Shown: positions 25,501 through 36,664 of the stretch, piece by piece
How positions within the stretch are numbered: the first letter of the stretch is position 1
How the letters are laid out: each line of letters begins with the position of its first letter
Origin: Takakia lepidozioides
Lineage: Eukaryota; Plantae; Bryophyta
Length of the DNA: 64,000 nt
Assembly: GCA_030704615.1 (NCBI GenBank)
Contig: CM060733.1
Location: forward strand, 15,500,001 to 15,564,000
Reading direction: 5' to 3'
The notes under the pieces: model-generated
What the model saw: the letters and a program-made list of their open reading frames with translations, nothing else
Told to the model about the DNA's origin: nothing
Database searches by the model: none
Made by a program: the position numbers and the translations under genes

Positions 25501-26043
25501 TTGGGAACAAATCTCACAAATCAAAAGATTGCAATGCTGGAAGAGGCAGGGTTTTCCCTTGCAAGACAACCCCGTGTGCGTGCACCTACTTCCAGTTCTG
25601 GGAATACAAGGGTCCCTCTGATAGATGCTCATTTGTGGCCAACAAAACGAAATGGAAAACTTGTTCGGCGTTTCTCTCCAACTGCAGAACACTTCGGCAA
25701 GGTGGAGTCCGCTAGATTGCTCCAAGCTCGTGTTTCCAGCACGACAGAGGTGCTCGATCCTGGGTATGGTCGGGTGTACACAATGATCACCTCGACATCT
25801 GCTATTCACGATAGGGCGTATGACATCACTGTTTCCAATTTCCCCAATTGCACATGTCCTGATTTTGTTGGGATGCTATCAACTAGTTTGGGCAAGAGAG
25901 GTACATTCGTACCCTGCAAACATTTGTACTTCATCTTCATAAAGAGGATGGTTTGTGATCCCAAACGTGACAACTTCATTCACCAGGCGACAATGAGTTT
26001 CAACGAGATCAGTACTCTCTTGCAACGAGATACAAGCACATAG
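22535..26043 (+). mobile_element. Mutator-like (MULE) transposase pseudogene: GCM/WRKY-like Zn domain, DDE, Cys-rich region, SWIM
   Basis: DGHPW...CNGHLRCKNFNC...CKFC...CGARMYYV...HFGFHNHP (GCM-like). FLMFDH, FMADSA, CLFHW (CxxH) and NLTETVHN fit a MULE DDE core. CTCPDF...CKH is a SWIM finger. One GT-AG intron at ~24548-24661. Several in-frame stops (23357, 24134, ~24212, ~24352, ~24527). Confidence 0.82.
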
Positions 26044-27961
26044 GTAGATGACTTGCTGTTTCTAGAATGTGGTGAAAGTTCAATCCGGTATCGCAAATCT
26101 GAATTCAGGTTGGTTCCGACTGTGAGTATGCAAAGGGTACAACCATGATGTGTAATGTGTAGTTGGAACATTGTCACTACCAAACATTTCAATTCAATAG
26201 CAGCATTCGTGAGGTTGTTGAATGATATGGCAGACCTTCTCTCTCCATTATGGTTCCAATTGTGTAATATGTGTGCTCTCTTTGGCAATTTTATGGAGTT
26301 CATGCATCATTGGTTCTGTGGGTGTCTACATGTGCTTCTTCCAATGTTATCCAAATTGTCAATGTTATTTGGGGAGAGTCAGGGTGTTCCTATGTCGTCA
26401 TGTACGCCACTGAATTTGTGAGGTTAGTTTGTCGTCCTAGTAATTGCAAAATTGTCAATGAGTCAAGATGTGAATGCTCCCGAGTTATATTGAATCGAAC
26501 TCAACGACTTATGTATCATCATCAAATAGTTTATAAATATGCACCCCTTCCCGCATCATTTGCTCACCTATGTGCCACACCCATGTTGGGCATGATATCC
26601 TACAATCGTCATATTCCAGGTAATATTTCAGCTTTTGATAATGTCACTACTTATCACATTTATATCATCCTCTCTACGCGGGTACATGGAGGTTACATAT
26701 CCCAACGTCAGCATGAGCATACTTACCAGTTTCTTTTTTACAAAGCTGGCACAGGATGGGTACAGTGCAATCAAGCAGTGGTTGCCCAACACTCAAGGAA
26801 CCATGAAGAAGCTAGTTGCACTTGAAGTTTGACTGTTAGGGGCCTCAACTACATAGAACTTTATGGTCATCATGACACACTTACCCAACTAATCGGAGAT
26901 GGGTGCTGTGGGTTTTTTGAAGATGTGATCAATGGTAACACAACTCTCTGTATTTTAGGGGTGCACACGAATCCTAGTGCACCATGGGGTTACAAGAGCC
27001 TAGTATTTCTCCAGTGGTACAAGAGTTCATTGTTGTCACCAGTTTTGGGAGGGACGATAATCTCTCAATCTAACTATTTGTCGTTATTTTGAATGTAGTT
27101 ATCATTGGAGCCTGGTTGTCATCAACTTCAAATCAGCTTAAACGCTACACTTGAACTCTTTGAAGAAGAGTCACATGGACATCGATGACCCCATCAAAAA
27201 GTAAGTCTCTACGATGACCTATGTGAGACCCCAAGGATTTCACCCAATCATATGCATGTTTGGATGAGAGGCGCTCTATGCAAAGCAGCCTCCATACTGG
27301 TTCCTATAATCTGAAAGATTGGCACGGGATTAGAATGAGTGTTGGAATCAGTAAAGTGTCTTCGCTTAGGGCAGCAGTTATTTCAGTAACAACTTGGGAA
27401 GTAACTATTGTTTCATGTTCTTTGAGCATCTCAACCTAAATGGATTCTTGATATTTGGCATTTGTTCATGAGATATATGTTTGTTTACAACTCATTTGTT
27501 ATACAATATCCAATAAAATATCGATAGTCTCTCGGCCCCAACATTTTGTTGATTTTAATTGTAATAGATGTAAAAAATAATTCATATAAAAAATCAAATA
27601 ATATTTTATATAAAAATAACAATAGCTAATCACAATCATAATAAAATGATAAAGCGGTGATGTTGGGGTATTTGAAGGACCTTATGAGGACTAGAGTGCA
27701 ATTCACTTGTGAATCTGCAAAAACAATTTATGTCCATTACTAATTTTTGTTTATCTTGCATGCAAAATGCAAACATTCCAACAAATAATCTCCAATTATA
27801 TGAAGAACGACTATTTGTTAGCTCATAATTCAATAATATTTCTAAAACTAAACCTACGCACAACATGGATGTGGCCCGTGGATAACACATTCTATGCATT
27901 GGCATGTGGGTCTGGATTGATCAAACCCTGGTGTGATGTCTCTATCTGACTCTGAGCCAGG

Positions 27962-28220
27962 GGTGAGTGTGCAGTATGAGCGCGTTGGGCGAGCGTAGGG
28001 AGTACTTTGGTGGGGCAATCGTTGTGAGTGTGTAGTATGAGCGCGTTGGGCGGAGCACATGGAGTACTTTGGTGGGATGTGAACAATCGTTGCGGGAGAC
28101 GTAAGTGTGCAGTTTGAGCGTACTTTGGTGGGGTGTGAACAATCGTTGCGGGAGACGGAAGTGTGCAGTTTGAGCGGGCTGGGCGAGCACAGAGAGTACT
28201 TTGGTGGGGTTTGAGCAATG
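27962..28220. repeat. Minisatellite, 4-5 units of ~55-60 bp
   Basis: Recurrent GTGTGCAGT(A/T)TGAGCG...GAGTACTTTGGTGGGG...AATCGTTG. Confidence 0.85.
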
Positions 28221-28729
28221 GTTGCGCGTCTCCGCGGATTCGATCGCCTCTTGTTGACATTGTGTGCACGCGGAAACTTAGAAAGTGGAGAGAGAGGGAG
28301 GACTCGTCGAGCTTTAAAAGATCGGAATCAGAAAGGTACGGTGCCTCCCATTGTGGATTGGTTTAGCAAGGCCGTCCTAGTAGGGTGTTTTATCTCTGTC
28401 TCAGGTTGCTGTATCTCGGTATCATACCTAGCCTTCAAGGTCAGGCAATATAATTTGGGTATTCGGTAGTCTGCCGCAGTGATGAGCACCGCTGCCGAGG
28501 CCCTGAGGGGAATTTGGACACACCAGCGCAAGTGAGCTTACAACAACAGATTTTACCCGTGTTGGAGCTGGAAGAGCTGGAAGAAGATGCAAGCATTTGG
28601 ATGAGGGTACTGTAGCTAACATGCTAGGGAGGGGCATGGGCAAAATAGGATAGAATACTATCCACATTGTCACAAGCCTCTTCAATCGTTTGGGATTTAA
28701 AGGAGGTGGGAAAAGGGAGATGTAGAGGG

Positions 28730-29745
28730 AAAATGGAGAAAAACTATGATACTGGATTTTCAATCATGTACAAGGAGAAGAAAACAACAACACTAGGAAG
28801 CAGGACATCGGATTACTGGATTGAAATGCAGCTAGTGATGCATTATGGCTGAAATTTTTGAGGGAAAATGTGGAAAAAAAACTATGATAGTGGATTTTCA
28901 ATCATGTGCAAGGAGAAGAAGATAACAACACTAGGAAGCAGGAAATCTGATTATTGGATTGAAAACACGTAGAGTGTTTGAGAACATGGCTGAACGAAAT
29001 GTGGTCTCATGGAATGCATTGATTGCAGGATATGCTCAGCATGGGTATGGTAGGGAGGCTTTTGAGATTTATGAGCAGTATTTACAGAAATCTTTTGATG
29101 ATTTGTGCTGCTCTATTTTTTTCTTAAAAAAAAAACTAAAGCTCTACTATTAACCTTTACTCAAAACACATAGTATCAGAAGACAAAAACACACAAAAAC
29201 AGTACAAGGTGCATCTTGAAAAACACAAATAGAGGTCGAAGGCCAACACATCCTCACATGTGCTTCTAATTAATCTCCATTTCGAGTGGTTAGCAATGAA
29301 GCAGGACCCGTCTAACGTGTCATATAGCATGTAGATATTGAGCCCATCCAAATGAGATGGTTGGGTCCCCATGGTTTTGCAACAATTTGTAAGAAAATCA
29401 CTTCTATATTGTATGCATTTGTGTATTATGAATTCTCTTCTAGAGTTTTTTTATTTTTATTTTTATTTTTTATTAACATTGCACACCCCAGGTGCAGCAC
29501 TTCCTAATTATAAGATATGTAGGTGAACGATACCAGCAATAACCATCACACTCTTCCTCTGGCCTATACAGTGGTAAAAAATTTCAGCCATAATGTACCA
29601 CTAGCTGCATTTCAATCCAGTAATTAGATTTCCTGCTTCCTAGTGTTGTTGTCTTCTTCTCCTGGCACATGATTGAAAATCCAGTATCATAGTTTTTTTT
29701 CCCCCTTTTCCCTCAAAATTTTCAGCCATAATGCACCACTAGCTG
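28730..29745. repeat. Fold-back structure: duplicated left arm (28730-28963) and inverted right arm (29578-29745) around a PPR fragment
   Basis: 29578-29745 (TTTCAGCCATAATG...TTCCTAGTGTTGTT...CATGATTGAAAATCCAGTATCATAGTTTTT) is the reverse complement of the units at 28734-28960. Confidence 0.8.
28959..29080 (+). pseudogene. PLS-class PPR motif fragment
   Basis: RRVFENMAERNVVSWNALIAGYAQHGYGREAFEIYEQ is a canonical S/P PPR junction, isolated here. Confidence 0.8.
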
Positions 29746-30021
29746 TATGGGGTAGGATAATAGATAAATCTTCATATTTTGGTAGGAGGTAGCCTTGTCC
29801 GGCCCCTTCGCTATAAGCTCAAGCTCTCATGTGCCCAACCTATTTAATTTTTTGGGAGAAATTTGCTTAAAACAATAAAAAAAAAATTCAAATATATTTT
29901 CAAATCTTGATCACATCAATCTTAGTTTATTTTTATTTTTATTTTTACTTTGGTTTAATAAATTTTAACCACCAGTCAGTAGCTCAGTTGGATAGTGATT
30001 ATGGGGTCAAATCCAGGTTGA

Positions 30022-33000
30022 ACTAGTGGCTGCACTAGTGGTGGCTAATGGCAGCCTAGTGTTGGACTAGAGGCTGCACTAGTGGTGACTAGTGGTTGTC
30101 CAGTGGCAGCCTAGTGGTGCACTAGTGTTTGGTGTGCACATATGTTGTGTGGTTTGGACAGCGATGTAGTTGTGTAGCGATATGTATGCGCACGACAATT
30201 GTCAAGTTATTTTACCACTAGTGTGAAACTAGCTAGGAAATAGCTAGCTTCTATATATTGACATTTGGGATTGACCCAAGTGTCAATCCAGGGGCCAATA
30301 CATGTTTGGGCACCTGGCGTTGTTATCTTCACGGCAGATCGCGGTGGGCTCATCTTTCTCGAGTTGAGCCTCACCGCGCCTAGCTATGGCGCCGTCGTGT
30401 GGATTCCCCATGGTGTGGGGTGCACTTGGCTTGACTTGTATTTGAGTGATGAGGTTATATATGCATGAGTTTATGCTTCAGCTTTGTGAGCTCGCATGAG
30501 CTTGTGCTTGTATTCTTCTTCAGATCAAGAGGCCGGGTGCAAGAGTTGCCCCATCGTTAGTCGCCGTCTTGCAACCTGTGAACTTGAGCTTGGGATCTCG
30601 TGTATTGACTCCTATGAGATTGGCCTCCCATGTCTTGTTAGCTGCCTCCAGTCGTGTCCACTACCACTATCCCAAGCAATGTGGACACAACCAATCTCCG
30701 TCATGAACCTTCTCAAGAGGTGGTGTCAAGCATCCCATATGCCAACCCCTTGAGCATCGATCACACACCAGCATGGTGGCTGCCCCTTTGGCAGACCCAC
30801 AGAGCATGCACCTCAAACCTGCAAGTACCACTGCCAAGTTTGGGTCAACTCTGCCATCGACATTGGGAAGGTGACATGGCGCACAATTACGCACATGGTC
30901 CTTCCAAGTCATGTCATCCCGACCCTCCAAGATCAAGACCCCTGAGGGCAACACCTCTCGAACCCTCAGAATAACATGCCCTGCAGTAACATCCAGAGTC
31001 GTAGGAGCAGTCTGCTGCAAATAAACATAGTCACCAGGGCTAAACCTCCGAACCCCAGGACGATATCCTCCACCACGTATAGTGACATACCTCAACGTAT
31101 CACGGTACTGTGCAATGGCAAGGTTCTCAAAAGCCATGGGCATGATTTTCTTGAACAACTCTGCACGCTGATCACATGCACGTACCCACACGTCCAGATC
31201 GTCAAGGTTAAGGACTTGAGCAGTGTCCCTACGAATGGCTGCAGGCAAATCCGGCTCTCGGCCAAAGAGAAGGAAATATGGTGAGAAGGAGGCAAGTGAT
31301 GCTTGTTTGCTGAACATGTAGCCTATGGCTAACCAAGGAACCTGAAGATCCCAATCTCCTAGGTGTCCCTTCTGCAAACCATACTTGCGCAAACCCCTCT
31401 TCACCGTCTGCACCACTCTCTCTGCCAAGCCATCGGCCTTAGGATGATCCCGATAAGTGGTATGGTGGTCTATCAAGGCTTTATCACACAAAGCTTGAAA
31501 CTCCCCCAAGAACTCTCTCCCTTGGTCCGTGAGTACCTCAGCTGGAGCACCAAATCGGCTAAGCACACGATCCAAGAATGCATACGCAGCCCCCTCACTA
31601 GCCTTGTTAGGCAATGGAACCAACTCAGTCCACTTGGAGAAGTGCTCCACCATCACCAATACATATCTGTGGTGGCGCACAGTCAGTGGCAACGGTCCTG
31701 CGAAGTCAAGACTCCACCTGTAGCCCAATCCCATGATTGGTAAAGGATGCAACTGTTGTGTAGGGGCGTTGAATGAAGCACGAACCCTGTCACACACCAT
31801 GCACCTAGTCACAAACTGTTGCACCTCTGTATGCATACCACGCCACCAATACTGCCCCTGCAGTAAATTGTGAGTGCGTCGCACTCCAAAATGCCCCAAC
31901 TCCTCATGGGCATGCCGCACTAACCGTGCACGCTGTGTGGGGTGAGGCACAATCCTCACCCGACCATCCTCCCACACTCGAAGTAGGTGTATCCCCTCCC
32001 ACTTGAACCTCTTGGCTCGTTGCAGGATCCGATCCCTCTCCCTGGCAGTCACAGTGGTTGCCGTGTCTCCCGTGCGGAGGTAGTCCAACACAGCCGAATC
32101 CTCATGTATATCTCTGGCACCACCTAGCTCAGCACTAGCCTCAGGGTCCTCAGACACTCCGTCTACAGTCATCCATGTTGTAGGTCCAACCTGACCTCCC
32201 GATGCCAAGATACACAAAAATGCAGATGCGTGCCATCCCGGCACCATCTCCTCGTCCGTCTCACCATGCCACCGAGCTCCGGTGTCATCCTGCTGGCTCG
32301 TGCATGGATTGCGACTCAATCCATCCGCATCCCGATTGACCAAACCCGGTCGATGCATAACCTGAAAGTCATACTCCTGGAGTATGAGTGCCCACCGTGC
32401 AAGCTTCCCCCTAAGCTTGTCTGACTCCATCAACCACTTGAGTGGCTGGTGATCCGTGACAAGGGTGAAAAGATTGTCGGATAGATAGCACTTGAAGTGT
32501 GTCACGGCCCACACTGCAGCTAAGCACTCTCCCTCATATGAGCTGTACTTAGCCTCTGCAGCGTTGTTCGAGCGGCTAGCATAAGCTACTACGAACTCTC
32601 TTCCCTCATCATCTCAGGATAGGCGCCGAGGTCAACCTCGCCTTGAGCTCTTGAAAAGCTCGTTCCTGCTCATCTTCCCACTGCCACTCCTAGTCCACCT
32701 TGGTCAACTTGGTTAGAGCCTTTGCAATGGTACTAAATCCCTTGACAAACCGTCTATAATAGTTTGCCAACCCCATGAAAGCTCGAACTCGGCTCACATC
32801 CGTAGGGCGTGGAATTTGTGCAATGGCCTCTACCTTAGTCTGCTGTACCCCCAATCCTCCAGGATATATCATGTGACACAGATACTCAATCTGGTTGTGG
32901 AAAAACTTGCACTTCCCCGAATGCATCTTCAATCTGTGCGCTCTCAAGCGCTCCAATACCACCTGAAGGTGTCTCTCATGCTCCTCTACCGTAACACTAA

Positions 33001-34726
33001 AGATGATGATGTCATCTATGTAGCACCGAGCAAAGTCCACCCCTGCTAGAATCCTATCCATGACTCTCTAAAACTCTGCAGGAGCACTCTTAAGCCCAAA
33101 TGGTAAGAACCGCCACTGATATAGGCAATCCTTGCCGTGCTCATTGATCCCCCAGAATGCCGTCTTCTACTTGTCCGCCTCCTTGATTGGCAACTGGTGA
33201 TATCCGGATCGTAAATCCAAAGTGCTAAAGACCTTAGCATGCCCGATGGCATCAAAGATCTCCTTTGGTGTTGGCATGGCATACTTATCGGACTTGGTCT
33301 GACGATTTACAAGGCCGGTAATCACCGCACATACGTCTCTCCGTCCAATTGCCATAGACATCTTTCTTGGTTGGCATCACTGTGGCTGAAGCATACTCTC
33401 CACCAGAGAGCTCCACCAAACCTGCCTCCCAGAGATCTTGAGTCCTCATCTGAATCAAAGACCTTTCCATGTCAATGTATCTATAGGGTCTCCGAAAGAT
33501 TGGCGTGTCAGTGGCCAACTCAATACGGATCTCTTGACCCTTCAGTGCTCCCAAGTCCTTCAAACTGAAGGCAAAGCAATTCCTGTAAGCCCTCAGGAAC
33601 CGCCGTATACGTCGTCTCTCTCCTCCGGTGACAATGGGTCCAATGTCAGGCTCCCAATTGTCCTCCGTAACTGCAACCTTAAGTCCAGTGGGCGTAGAGG
33701 TAGAGGACGCGTCCAGTGGTTGTTATGTTGCAACCTCTTGAGTAGTACTCCCTACCTGCTCAGTCAGTGACAAGGCCTCATCCTGCCCCATCGTCTCATC
33801 CTCAAGGACTTCCTCCACCCGAGAAAAATCCCTAGCCTCATCCATCACCGCCACCTTGGCTGCCAACTCCCTCTGAACCTCAAGCACCTCCCACGTGTGC
33901 CATGGATGCCTGCACCCCGTGGTCCTCACATGCTTGCCCCCACTCACTGCATGTACCGTCTTAGTAGGCATAGAGACCATCGAGGGAAGTGTACTCCGCA
34001 CTTTGCGTTGCTCAGCCATAGCCAAGCTGATAATCCAGGTCAAGCAATAGAGATCCATTGCTTGCCCCAACACCTGACGATGTGATGCCTCAGAAAGAGA
34101 CGACACCGCCGTGGTACTAGTGGTAAAACCCATTACCCGCTCACGCTCGTCAACATTAGGCTCCACTAACTGCTGCAACTGAGCATCCCACAGGAGGCCA
34201 GGTCCACTATCCTGGAAAGCATGCGATCCTGGGAAGCTGAGCAGTGTAGGTAATGCTGCTCGTGGTTGACCCACCTTGTTTACCACTGCCAAAGGCGAAC
34301 GGTCATCGTGTCTCACACGCTGAGACTGCCTCCCTGTGTCCAGAATGCTATCCACTGTGAGATGTGCTGGCCGCTGCACCCTATCAAATGCACGCTTGAG
34401 CAGTGCGGGTGGCATCAAGTTAGTCCACCATAGCCGTGGACGATGAGCCCGTGACCCCACTGTAGCTGCATCTAGCAACACTGTTGATCCAAGCCACGAT
34501 CGGACTTGATGCACACTGGCCATCACCCTGGCCCGAGAATCGCCCATCAATGGCACATTCTCCAAGATGTATGCTGGAGATACAGCTTGATGAAGCTGCA
34601 AGTGGCGCAAAACCCGCACCATCTCCCAAAACAGACCCGACCTCGAATCTCGGAATCCATTGTCATGCCCGGCTGATGAATGCCCTTGGCAGGGCCAACC
34701 TGCCACTACCAGATCAATGGAGCCAA
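30022..34726 (-). mobile_element. Ty3/Gypsy element with C5-DNA-methyltransferase, copy A (5'-truncated): DNMT C-terminal part, RT, RNase H (partly deleted), integrase, PHD
   Basis: DLVVAGWPCQGHS, ENV and RPRLWW (33723..34799); RT LDLRSGYHQ and YIDDII; integrase HHCC, LDFAGPLP, TDQGREF, GLAER; PHD CMLC...[17 protein letters not shown]...WLCPHC (30667..32514). Confidence 0.92.
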
Positions 34727-36664
34727 GCTTTTGTCGAGTTGAAGCAGCGGATGGCGGAAGCTCGGCCATTCCTGAAAATACCGGAGTTCGACCGTCCATT
34801 TGAGATTCATACAGATGCGTCGGACTTCGTAATTGGGGGTGTGCTCATGCAGGATGGACGTCCAGTAGTTTACGAAAGTAAGAAACTGAATGAAGTGGAG
34901 CGACGGTGGTCTACGCACGAAAAAGAAATGAAGGTGGTGGTGCATTGCCTTGAACTTTGACGCCACTATGTTGGTTCCGACCCGGTATAGGTGTTCACGG
35001 ACAATATCACGATGAAGTATTTTGCCACGCAGCCTAAGTTGTCCCCAAAACAACTTAGGTGGCAAGACACTTTGGCAGTGTTCGACGTGGATATGCAATA
35101 CAAATCGGGACGAGACAATGTGGTGGCCGATGCTTTAAGTAGAAAACAGCAGCTCATGTTGGTGTACAGGGGCAAGACGACGCTCCAAATGAAGATCCGG
35201 AAGGCTTACCGGAAGGATGAGATGACGAAGTCCGTGATACGAGACTTGAGGATGGGGTTAAATCGCAGTTCCACTTACACAATGGACTGCTTCGGTACAA
35301 GCAAAAGCGCGTCTACATGTCGAAGGGAAGGATCAGAGATAGTCTCTTGAGGGAATGCCATGATGGCCCGCTTGCGGGCCACGGTGGAGCCAAGTGCACC
35401 ACGACACTCTTGAAGAAAGAGTATTTCTGGCCCAAACTGAGGGAGGAGGCCGAGGAGTATGTCAAGACATGCACCACATGCCAACAAAACCGTAGCGAGT
35501 ACAAAAACCAAGGGCTGTTACAACCCTTGCCGATTCCAGAGGGGTCTTGGGAAAATGTCTCGATGGATTTCATGACTGCTATGCCACTGTCAAAAAGATT
35601 CGATACAATCATGGTGGTGGTGGATAGGTTCATTAAAATGGGCCATTTCATTCCCACCAAAGAGACGGCAGCGGCGCAGGAGACGAGGCGACTTTACTTC
35701 GTCCACGTCTTCAAGCATCATGGACTCCTGAAGGATACTGTCTCGGACCGCGATCCAAAGTTTACAGGTAAATTTTGGAGAGCATTTTGGAAGAAAATGG
35801 GGACGAGGCTCAAGATGAGCACCGCCTTCCGACCTACGACGGACGGCCAAATGGAAAGAGTGAATTCCGTGGTGAAGCAGATCTTGCGGAATTATGTGTC
35901 GGCAGACCAATCAGACTAGGTGGAGTACTTGGATGTGACAAAGTTCTGTTATAATAACACAAAACACTCCGCAACGGGAGTTTCCCCTTTCGTATTGGTC
36001 TATGGAAAAGCACCTCTGGTGCCGACAAGTTGGGCCGCCCAGGACGTTGAGGAATTGGCAGCAGCAGCGGTGCTGGAAGAACGCGAGCGTTTGTTGGAGC
36101 TCGCAAAGTACAACATTGCCAAAGCTAGGAAACGGTATGAACGGCAGGCGAATCGGAAGCGGAGGGAAGTTAAGTTTGAGGCAGGCACGGAGGTCTGGTT
36201 GAACATCAAGAATTTTCAACTACCTTCGGAAGTGGGCCCGAAGTTCATACCTCCGTATGCGGGGCCATTTCACATCTGGAAGGTTATGAATGAGGATGTG
36301 TATGAATTGGAGCTGCCGGCAAACAGCAAGGTGTATCCGGTATTCCATGTATCTCTTTTGAAGCCTTACTTCAAAGATGAAGCGCGTCCGAATCGACATC
36401 AAGTGTTGCGTCCGCTACCTGTGCTGTTGGATCATAAAAATGAACCTGAGTACGAGGTGGAGGAAGTGCTTAAATCGAGGAGGTTCAAGAATCAAGAAAC
36501 AGAGTATATCGTGAAATGGAAGGGCTATCATCAAATGGAGGCAACTTGGATGCGTGCCTCAAAAATGGGAAACGCATCCGAGGCGGTTGCAGCTTTCGAA
36601 GGGCGACCTCAAAAGCGGAAGAAGCGTTGATGGGGACATCAACCTTGGAGCGTGGGGGAGGAAA
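34727..36664 (+). mobile_element. Chromovirus (Ty3/Gypsy) 3' fragment: RNase H, integrase, chromodomain, PPT
   Basis: FEIHTDASDFVIGGVL, NVVADALSR, HDGPLAGHGG...CTTC, SMDF, SDRDPKF, TDGQMER, YAGPF and EYEVEEVL...EYIVKWKGY. A purine tract GTGGGGGAGGAAA ends at 36664, followed by TG. In-frame stops present. Confidence 0.92.

Noticed and set aside
24651-25517. 288-aa antisense ORF
   Set aside because: Shadow of the transposase frame, with no recognisable motifs.
15060-28400. TIR/TSD boundaries for the MULE
   Set aside because: No convincing inverted termini found by eye; boundaries left undefined.
33723-34960. ORFs 33723..34799 (-) and 34484..34960 (+) as complete genes
   Set aside because: Both are chimeric read-throughs across the 34726 junction between two retroelements.
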